Source: Candidatus Hodarchaeota archaeon
Lineage (GTDB): Archaea > Asgardarchaeota > Heimdallarchaeia > Hodarchaeales > Hodarchaeaceae
DNA length: 17,791 bases
Assembly (NCBI GenBank): GCA_029856365.1
Contig: JAHQWW010000077.1
Coordinates: 1-17,791 of the forward strand
Direction of reading: 5' to 3'
The notes under the pieces are model-generated. The model did not search any database and was not told where the DNA came from. It saw only the letters and a program-made list of their open reading frames with translations. Positions 1 through 7,208 of this stretch are shown piece by piece (position 1 is the first letter of the stretch; every line of letters starts with the position of its first letter). A program made the translations under genes and the position numbers.

Positions 1-2
1 TT

Positions 3-164
3 GCGATTGTACCGAATCTGCTTGCGATTTCAGTGGTGCTCGGGGTTATGGGGTGGCTCAATATTCCCCTGGATATGATGACCATTACCATTGCCGCCAT
101 CAGCATCGGAATCGCAGTCGATAACACGATTCACTATATTTACCGTTTCAGACACGAGTTCCAG
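3..164 (+). CDS. Fragment of an MMPL/RND-family transporter (C-terminal TM helices); open at the left edge and probably foreign DNA at a chimeric junction
   Basis: Frame +3 from base 3 reads AIVPNLLAISVVLGVMGWLNIPLDMMTITIAAISIGIAVDNTIHYIYRFRHEFQ. The 'PN..' helix and 'GIAVDxxIH' motif are typical of MMPL/RND exporters. Hand count gives 71/150 (47%) GC over bases 1-150, clearly above the rest of the window. Confidence 0.8.
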
Positions 165-1986
165 TTTGAGCATTTTTCGGATTTGTATCACCCATTGATA
201 AAGGAGAAAGCTCAAATTTTGGAAGGGAAACCATGGCAGCGACTCGAAGATTAACTATTTCACGTGGAGCCTCGGGAGAAGCGTATCCATATGCTTTTTT
301 GTGAGCTTCGTCGAATGCTTGTGAAGTTGCTTCTATTTTTCCGTGAAATGGTACAGTCAACTCATATGACTGGCCTACTAGCCGAAGATCAAGGTTACGA
401 GTAACAATAACATCTTTCTCAGAAAAGCCATCTTCAAGGCATAATTGAATTCCTTGTTGAACAAGGGTTGCAAACACTGAATCAAGCTGCTCATTAGACA
501 TTTTATTCAAAGGTTTCAAGATAGATATAGACATATCATGACGAATATCAGCAGTTAAGAGGCCATAAGCAGACCAAACTCCTGGATATGGAGGAATAAC
601 AACCTGTTTCAAGAATAAACGTTCTGCCAGAGAACATCCATGTAACGGCCCTGCTCCCCCGAATGCTACCAAAATAAAATCTCTACTGTCATATCCACGT
701 TCGGTAGAAACCTTACGAAGAGCTAAGGCTACATTATTCTCAAAAATTTCAATAACCCCTGCAGCACATTCTTCAATGGAAGAAAAATTTAGCTCATCAG
801 CAAGAGGTGAAAGAACTTCTTTTGCCAATTTAGGAGAAATTTTAATTGTACCACCACAGAAATAATCAGGATTTAACAAACCCCTAACCAAGTTTGCATC
901 TGTGACAGTAGGTAATTTTCCCCCATTATTATAACAAGCTGGCCCTGGATCAGCCCCAGCGCTTTCTGGTCCAACTAGAAAAATTCCATGTTCGTACTTA
1001 GCAATTGATCCTCCTCCTGCACCAATTGTTTCTACTGCTATGGATGGGAGATGAATAGGGTAACCTGCAATCTCATTTATAGTGGAAATTTCTATTATTC
1101 CATTAACAATACTAGCAACATCGGTGGAGGTTCCTCCAATATCTAAAGTGAGAGCATTCTCAATTTGGAGTTCATTACAAGAATAAAAACCCCCTAAGAC
1201 TCCACCAGCTAACCCTGAGAAAACTGTTTCAACAGAACGTTCAGTAGCGCTCTTTATCTGAGTTACTCCTCCTGTAGAAAGAAGTATGAGAGGAGGTACG
1301 TTTATTCCTTTTTCCTTAATCCTCTGTAAAAAAGACTTGAAATATTTTCTACATAGCGGTGCAATATAAGCATCTATTACTGTTGTACTCGTTCTATCGT
1401 ATTCTCGAAATGTAGGAAGAATTTGGCTTGAGCACGACACGTTTATTGAAGGAAGTCGGTGCTTAATTTCATTAGCGATTTTTATTTCATGTTGAGAATC
1501 AAAGAAGGAAAATAGGAGGGAAATGGCGACAGATTCAACTTCTTTTTTCTGTAGAGTATTTATTATCCTTTCTAAGTCATTGAGATCTAATGGTATTAGG
1601 ACTTCTCCCGAAGCACTTATGCGTTCATTTACACCAAACCGTAATTCTTTTGGAACAAGTGGTTTAATTCTTTTGGGGTATAATGAATACAGATTTAATC
1701 GGCTTTGGCGACCAATTTCAATGACATCAGAAAATCCTCCTGTTGTAACCAAAGCTGTCCTAGCTCCTTTATGTTCTAATATGGCGTTTGTTGCAACTGT
1801 AGTTCCATGAACAATCACGTTAAGATTCTCTAATGTGGTATCTAATTTATTTAAACCATTCTTCACTCCAATAGATTGATCTTTAGATGTACTAGCAACT
1901 TTCTCGAGAATAACAGAGTTACTTTCTGAATCAACAACTATTAAATCTGTGAATGTGCCACCTATATCAATACCAAGACATTTCAT
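148..1986 (-). CDS. hyuA: Hydantoinase/oxoprolinase family subunit A (HyuA-like, ATP-dependent), apparently C-terminally truncated
   Basis: Motifs GIDIGGTFTD, VHGTTVATNAILE, EYDRTSTTVIDAY, DIGGTSTDV, GAGGGSIA, VGPESAGADPGPACY, PTVTDANL and FGGAGPLH. SD-like AGGT lies upstream of the ATG. The protein ends at ...TGTRV* without the usual terminal 'GPAIIE' region. Confidence 0.92.
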   Translation of the reverse strand: MKCLGIDIGGTFTDLIVVDSESNSVILEKVASTSKDQSIGVKNGLNKLDTTLENLNVIVHGTTVATNAILEHKGARTALVTTGGFSDVIEIGRQSRLNLYSLYPKRIKPLVPKELRFGVNERISASGEVLIPLDLNDLERIINTLQKKEVESVAISLLFSFFDSQHEIKIANEIKHRLPSINVSCSSQILPTFREYDRTSTTVIDAYIAPLCRKYFKSFLQRIKEKGINVPPLILLSTGGVTQIKSATERSVETVFSGLAGGVLGGFYSCNELQIENALTLDIGGTSTDVASIVNGIIEISTINEIAGYPIHLPSIAVETIGAGGGSIAKYEHGIFLVGPESAGADPGPACYNNGGKLPTVTDANLVRGLLNPDYFCGGTIKISPKLAKEVLSPLADELNFSSIEECAAGVIEIFENNVALALRKVSTERGYDSRDFILVAFGGAGPLHGCSLAERLFLKQVVIPPYPGVWSAYGLLTADIRHDMSISILKPLNKMSNEQLDSVFATLVQQGIQLCLEDGFSEKDVIVTRNLDLRLVGQSYELTVPFHGKIEATSQAFDEAHKKAYGYASPEAPREIVNLRVAAMVSLPKFELSPLSMGDTNPKNAQTGTRV

Positions 1987-2178
1987 TCGGAATTACCTAG
2001 CTAATAGGGAATTTTTCGCTATCATTTTGATGAATTAGTCTTAAAGTTATTTGCTTGAAAGTTCTTTGTAATTTGTTGAATTTGATAAAAGTCTACTTAT
2101 GAAGTTGAGTATGTAAATTACTCAATGAGTGAGCTCCTATTTCGCATTATTATTACATTTATTGAGGCTATAAATGTG

Positions 2179-2787
2179 ATGAAAATCAAAATTTTGTGCA
2201 TTGGTGATTCACATACCGCAGGATTTCCACTTTTTGACCCATTATACGGAGGGGAAGCCCATAGTTCTTATGAATACTGGCTCAACCTACTTCTAACCAA
2301 CCGTTTTCCAGAAACTTCATTCATTATTGATAATAAAGGCATCTGCGGACAATTATCAAGTGAAGTATATCGACGTTTGAAAACCCACTTATCCGCTTCT
2401 AGTTACCATTTGGTTATTTTCTGGGGAGGAGTAAACGATATTGCAATAGGATACACTGTAAATACCATTTGGAATAATTTATGGCAAGCATTTAAATTCA
2501 CACAGGAGAGATCAACAGCATTTATGCTGGTAACTATTCCACCAATGAATTGGCCAGCAATTAATTCAAAAATTCTTCAGTTAAATGAGAAAATAAGAAA
2601 TAAAAGTAGTGTTGAGACCTATATGTATGCTGATGCATATAATGCTTTAGTTCTCGAAAACCAGGGGATTTTGAATCCGCTTTTTGATGCTGGTGATGGA
2701 GTCCATCTTTCAATTGATGGTTATACACAAATAGGGAAAGAGATATTTAATAATGCCTCTTCATTTATTGGGAATATTCTAAAATAA
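2179..2787 (+). CDS. SGNH/GDSL-family hydrolase (esterase/acylhydrolase)
   Basis: Four SGNH blocks are present: GDSHTAG (catalytic Ser), NKGICG, GGVND and DGVH. ATG 2179 is preferred (MKIKILCIGDS, GAGG upstream); the ORF is open from 2125. Confidence 0.9.
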   Translation: MKIKILCIGDSHTAGFPLFDPLYGGEAHSSYEYWLNLLLTNRFPETSFIIDNKGICGQLSSEVYRRLKTHLSASSYHLVIFWGGVNDIAIGYTVNTIWNNLWQAFKFTQERSTAFMLVTIPPMNWPAINSKILQLNEKIRNKSSVETYMYADAYNALVLENQGILNPLFDAGDGVHLSIDGYTQIGKEIFNNASSFIGNILK

Positions 2788-2878
2788 ATTTCTATTGAAT
2801 TGAAAAAAGGACTAAGAACGTTATATTTTTTTACTGCTGAAAAAAAGATTCCGAGAAATAAAAGGATTTTATCTATTT

Positions 2879-3961
2879 TTAACTAGTTATTAAGAATAAA
2901 ACTAAAGGAAGTGCTTCAGTCATTAAATGAAAACTGAGAACAGTTTCAAAATCTCGTCGAATGAATAAATAACCCAAGGGGATCCCCCAGAATAGAGCTG
3001 TTCTAAGCAAGAAAGGTAAATATTCCAACCATATCACAATTGGTAATGGAAGGACTGCTTGAATTATTGCTGCAAAAATAATTGTCCCCCAATAATGTTC
3101 TTCTGTATTAGCAAGAAATCTTAAACTAAGATAAGTTATTGGGATAATGAAAAGTCTTGCCCAAATTTCCTCATTAAGTCCAGGTACAAAAATGATAAGT
3201 GGCTGCCACCAGTAGGCTTTTAATTCCTTATTATTGAAACTAATACCCGCAGAGACAAGACCCCAAGGAATTGCTAGGAAAAAACCAATTCCAACGCTCT
3301 TTAATAATGGAGAGAGCTCTTTCTCTAATAGATTAACGCGAGTTAGCCCAGTATTTTTAACAAGTAATAATCCTGCAATAACAATACAGAAGAAACTGAA
3401 GAGTGAGATTGATGCAATTAAAAAGAATTCAAAAGAAATATTTTCTGGTAAGACTATAGATTCATAAAATGTTATTGTTTGGATGATTTTCCAGACAATC
3501 AAGGCAAAAATTAGAACGATTGCTACTATCATCGTCCTTAGATCTATCATTCGCGTTCTTAGAGTGTAGTAGACTATAATTCCAGCAGCAGCCAATCCTA
3601 AGATTAATGATCCAATCAGGAAGAGCGAAGAAATGAATCCTGAAATTGAAATCGTGAAAACAAGGGCTAACAAAGGCATAACTGCTCGTGTGGGGCTTTC
3701 TTCCAATGATTTAACGATACCCAACGTTTTTTGTCCAGCTTCGCTGAAAGAAAGTCTTTCCGACTGGTTTGCCCTCCATGGCTCCTTCTCAAGCCAAAAA
3801 AAGCCAGAAATTGCGATTAATAAAAGAACACAATAATTTATCAAAGATGACATTGATCCAAAGAAGAAATTTGATAAGATAATAGCAAAAGAACCGATGC
3901 AAACAGTTAATACTACTGTTATTTCTTCTTTCCTGGAAGAAATGGCTAATTTGTTCATCAT
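2879..3961 (-). CDS. Polytopic membrane protein with a C-terminal CPBP (CAAX protease/Abi)-like domain and partly degenerate motifs
   Basis: Many hydrophobic helices. Motif 1 PGLNEEIWARL fits EExxxR and the terminal RRDFETVLSFHLMTE resembles the last His motif. The FxxxH motif is not evident. Confidence 0.65.
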   Translation of the reverse strand: MMNKLAISSRKEEITVVLTVCIGSFAIILSNFFFGSMSSLINYCVLLLIAISGFFWLEKEPWRANQSERLSFSEAGQKTLGIVKSLEESPTRAVMPLLALVFTISISGFISSLFLIGSLILGLAAAGIIVYYTLRTRMIDLRTMIVAIVLIFALIVWKIIQTITFYESIVLPENISFEFFLIASISLFSFFCIVIAGLLLVKNTGLTRVNLLEKELSPLLKSVGIGFFLAIPWGLVSAGISFNNKELKAYWWQPLIIFVPGLNEEIWARLFIIPITYLSLRFLANTEEHYWGTIIFAAIIQAVLPLPIVIWLEYLPFLLRTALFWGIPLGYLFIRRDFETVLSFHLMTEALPLVLFLITS

Positions 3962-3990
3962 AAAATCACATACAATATTGTCACAATAGA

Positions 3991-4779
3991 TTAAAGCTTT
4001 TGAATTTCTCCCGGTGATGGTTCAAAAAAGATACCCTTCAACAATCCCTTTTCTATAGCTTTTGCTACAGCGCTAAAAGGAACTCCTTTTTCTCTTGCTA
4101 AGTCTTTAAGTATTTCAAGCTTAACTGGCTCATCGGTAATGAATGATAACACCTCTGATGCAGTTTCATCTGCCATTAAGTAATCTTTAAATTCCCGTTC
4201 TAAATTGTCTGCTTCTTCTTGTGAAATACTCTTTCTTTGTAATGAGATTTGAAGTAAATCTTGAAATATAGACCTTGTTTCTGAGGCTGATTCAAGATAA
4301 CAGTTGATGTGATAGAATTTGTGCGAAAAAAACTTACGACCATCCTCCAATTCTACTTGTGTCGGCTCAACCACACGAAGAATCCCTTTTTCTATTTTTT
4401 TCTCACAGATCCTACAAGCTCCTCGCGAACTCTTTGAATGTTCAAGAAATGATTTACGTATTGCAGCACTTTGCTGAGGGCTATCAAGAACCTCTTTCTT
4501 TCTTTTCTCCAGAGATTCAGTGATTTTTGCTCTATCTTCTATATCTATTGTGGAAGATGAGGTTAGTGCTTCCATTATTAAATCTACCTTATCTTGAGGA
4601 ACACAGGCAATATGATAGTAGCCATGAGAAGTGATTGTTTCGCCATCAGGTTTTGTAAAAGGGTAAGGAATACCGATTCGATACTCATTTTTCATGATTT
4701 TCCTACGACAAGACCTACAAGATGCTCTACTTGTCTTTGCAGGTTCGATCTTAAGTTTATCTGCCATTTTTGCAGGCAT
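3991..4779 (-). CDS. Protein with two PARP-type zinc fingers (CxxC...HxxC) and a C-terminal winged helix
   Basis: Finger 1 is IEPAKTSRASCRSCRRKI..EYRIG...YYHIAC and finger 2 is LEHSKSSRGACRICEKKI.KGILRV...FYHINC. Both match the zf-PARP pattern of PARP1 (VEYAKSGRASCKKC..SI.K..LRM...WYHFSC). The C-terminus AREKGVPFSAVAKAIEKGLLKGIFFEPSPGEIQKL is WH-like. ATG 4779 has AAGGGG upstream; the ORF is open from TTG 4812. Confidence 0.85.
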   Translation of the reverse strand: MPAKMADKLKIEPAKTSRASCRSCRRKIMKNEYRIGIPYPFTKPDGETITSHGYYHIACVPQDKVDLIMEALTSSSTIDIEDRAKITESLEKRKKEVLDSPQQSAAIRKSFLEHSKSSRGACRICEKKIEKGILRVVEPTQVELEDGRKFFSHKFYHINCYLESASETRSIFQDLLQISLQRKSISQEEADNLEREFKDYLMADETASEVLSFITDEPVKLEILKDLAREKGVPFSAVAKAIEKGLLKGIFFEPSPGEIQKL

Positions 4780-4983
4780 AGAGGCCCCTTCTGAATAAAA
4801 ATAATAATTCAACTAAAAGTCCTCTCTATTTTTCTCCCTTTTAAAATTTCCTTTTATTTCTTCTATTAACTGAAAAACCTCATAAAATTCTATTAAGATA
4901 ATAAAAAAAGATTATAGAATTGAATTCTCATTTGAATCAAAAAAAATTGGAAAAAATCCTAATATAAAGTAATAAAATTAAAT

Positions 4984-5940
4984 TCATGAAAGAAAAATAA
5001 ATCTAGTAGTCTTAATATCCTCACTTGACTTACGTGAGAACGAAGAATGGGTCTCTGAGGCTGTAATAAATTTTTCCAAATTATTAGCAATAAAAGTTAT
5101 CATTTCTTCTTTTAAAATGTCAAATTTTCCGTATATTTCTGGAATAACATATGTAAAAAAGACAAAAATCTTATCATAGCATTTAAAATGCCAAATAACT
5201 GAATCACGAAGACGCTTAGCTCCTATTAATGACATATTATCTCGATACTTGCGTAATAGATACTCTTGTTTGATATAATTAGAAATAGAGGCCAGCAGAG
5301 GATCTGAGATGTCTTCCTGAGTTTGACTCTTTGCAGTTGAGAATAAATAATTTCCATCTTCATCGTAAACCAGTATGAATGACACAAATTCTGCTAAATC
5401 AGTTTTAATTTTGCTTAAAATCTTCCAATATATAGAGGCGTCTTCTCCCAACGGTCCTTCGATAGCTTTTTCGAAATTCTCCTCCCAACCTACATATTCA
5501 GAGTTTTCTAGGTTTGTTTGCATTGGGGCATAATGACTAAGTAAATTTGATGGTAGTTGTTGAAATTCAGGGGAAGTAGATATAGATACTAACGATATCC
5601 CGTTTGGGGCCTTTGCATAATCGACATATAAGGGGGTTTTTTCTTTTTTGGTTAAGACTAGGAGAGTAGGTCGTACGATATCTTTCAATTGTACTATAGC
5701 TTCCAATAACCCAGACATTAGAAGTATTTTCTCGTTTTTTGGACTTACTTCCTGACTCTGACGGGTATGAATTTCTCCTGAGTTATTGATATAAATAGAT
5801 CGAGTATATACAGGAAGTCCCCCTTCATCCGCGAGAATCACCATAAGATTACTCCCTCTTAAGGAGGACTGGCTAACGAGAGGCTGATTCTCATTGGCTA
5901 ACTGGTCAAATGATAATCTTTTTGAGTCTTCATTACCCAA
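4984..5940 (-). CDS. Putative longin-like + roadblock-like two-domain protein
   Basis: Domain 1 (LMVILADEGGLPVYTR...ILLMSGLLEAIVQL) follows the longin b-b-a-b-b-b-a pattern. Domain 2 (YWKILSKIK..FVSFILVYDEDGNYLFS...FDILKEEMITFIANNLEKF) follows the roadblock a-b-b-a-b-b-b-a pattern. TTG start with SD-like GGTGTGA upstream. Fold assigned by eye. Confidence 0.55.
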   Translation of the reverse strand: MGNEDSKRLSFDQLANENQPLVSQSSLRGSNLMVILADEGGLPVYTRSIYINNSGEIHTRQSQEVSPKNEKILLMSGLLEAIVQLKDIVRPTLLVLTKKEKTPLYVDYAKAPNGISLVSISTSPEFQQLPSNLLSHYAPMQTNLENSEYVGWEENFEKAIEGPLGEDASIYWKILSKIKTDLAEFVSFILVYDEDGNYLFSTAKSQTQEDISDPLLASISNYIKQEYLLRKYRDNMSLIGAKRLRDSVIWHFKCYDKIFVFFTYVIPEIYGKFDILKEEMITFIANNLEKFITASETHSSFSRKSSEDIKTTRFIFLS

Positions 5941-5978
5941 ATTTAATTCACACCATTCAATAAAATAAACTCGACGAT

Positions 5979-6013
5979 GAACTACTTCACGAAATAGTTC
6001 TTAAGATGAACTA
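5979..6013. promoter_or_regulatory. Imperfect inverted repeat plus direct repeat upstream of the longin/roadblock gene (possible operator or hairpin)
   Basis: GAACTA-C-TTC-AC-GAA-A-TAGTTC at 5979-6000. GATGAACTA occurs at both 5976-5984 and 6005-6013. Confidence 0.3.
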
Positions 6014-6069
6014 GAGAATCTTTTCGAAGAACAATATCCCCATCCTAATGATAGGCTTGTAAAAAGGAT

Positions 6070-7086
6070 TTAAAAGAACCCTGATGTTAAGATCTTTTCC
6101 CAAGTTACTTCATTGAAAAGATAGAGAAATTCCTTGAAGGTTAAAATCGGTTTTTCGAAGCTAATATGATCATCAATCGCTATTCGTGGACATGCCGTAT
6201 CTACCCAAGCATCAACCCATGTAAAGTTTGTAAGATTCTCGAAATTGAGATTTTCCGCAATAACTGATATTTTTAATTTATTATGATCGCCTAGTATCTT
6301 TTCAATCCTAGAAATTTTGTCAGGATGATATTGGCCAAGTTTCGAGCTCCCTAAAATCCCCCATACTTTTGCATTGCGAGCTTGACTAATAAAACTATGT
6401 CTCTTTCGTATTAATTTGTTTCTCTCTTCATTTGGGAAGTATCTTATCTCACCTGTAAACGGATCTAATTGTAAGATGGGTATTGATGTACAAAGGAGTA
6501 ATCCATATGTGTGAAAGTACCCAGCATGAAGACTAATAATCCCGTCAACCTTGTTAAAAAATCCTCCAGCATTTTCAACATGACATCCTAGTATTTGACC
6601 TTCTCCTTGGATGGTATTATCAATTCCTACAGTATCTAGATAGTTTTTTAATTCTTTTAAATTTTTCAAATGTTGAACTGTTGAAATTAAACCCACAGTA
6701 CTCCATTTTAATTCCTTTAAGTCCTCAGACAACTTAGGAAAATAGGAAGATATTCCGAATGTAACGAATGCAGGAATGATTAAGATTTCAAGAAACATAT
6801 TAGTTCTTGTTTTGATTTCTTGTTTGAAACCAAACTCGTTATGACCAAAATGAATAAGTAATTCACATTCCAATTGAGTAGCTAAATTGACAGCTAAATC
6901 ACATATTCCATAACTAGGATCACCTACTGCAATGATTTGAACACCGAGAGGTTCTAATGTTTCAACTACTGTTTTAAGTGGAGTATTAAGTAATCCTTCG
7001 GGCATTTGAACTAAAATTTTCTTATATTGCCTATCTAACACTAATTGTGTGATTTTATCTAATTCTAGGTTGTAATATTGACTCAT
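6070..7086 (-). CDS. dph2: Diphthamide biosynthesis enzyme Dph2 (2-(3-amino-3-carboxypropyl)histidine synthase)
   Basis: QMPEGL, GDPSYGICD, LIHFGH, GQILGC, KLGQ and DTACPRIAIDD. The three [4Fe-4S]-ligating cysteines of archaeal Dph2 are present. Confidence 0.93.
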   Translation of the reverse strand: MSQYYNLELDKITQLVLDRQYKKILVQMPEGLLNTPLKTVVETLEPLGVQIIAVGDPSYGICDLAVNLATQLECELLIHFGHNEFGFKQEIKTRTNMFLEILIIPAFVTFGISSYFPKLSEDLKELKWSTVGLISTVQHLKNLKELKNYLDTVGIDNTIQGEGQILGCHVENAGGFFNKVDGIISLHAGYFHTYGLLLCTSIPILQLDPFTGEIRYFPNEERNKLIRKRHSFISQARNAKVWGILGSSKLGQYHPDKISRIEKILGDHNKLKISVIAENLNFENLTNFTWVDAWVDTACPRIAIDDHISFEKPILTFKEFLYLFNEVTWEKILTSGFF

Positions 7087-7099
7087 TGTGTCTCAACTA

Positions 7100-7111
7100 T
7101 CCCATATGGGA
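7100..7111. promoter_or_regulatory. Perfect 12-bp palindrome in the divergent dph2/hypothetical intergenic region
   Basis: TCCCATATGGGA is its own reverse complement and lies 14-25 bp upstream of the dph2 start in otherwise AT-rich DNA. Confidence 0.35.
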
Positions 7112-7208
7112 GAATACTTTTCTCTATACTGAAAAAATTAAATATTTCACATCTTTAACACAAAAAGGCAAAAGAATTTAAAAACTGTACATTTAATAAA
7201 AAAGTACT

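Noticed and set aside
30-254. ORFs 30..215 (-) and 33..254 (+) as real small genes
   Set aside because: Both straddle the junction. The + ORF is the RND fragment running into antisense hydantoinase sequence, and the - ORF is its shadow.
4813-4983. AT-rich intergenic region with AATTCTAT/ATAGAATT inverted repeat as an origin or ncRNA
   Set aside because: Low-complexity A/T sequence where such repeats are expected by chance. No ORB-like G-string motif or cdc6 gene is nearby.
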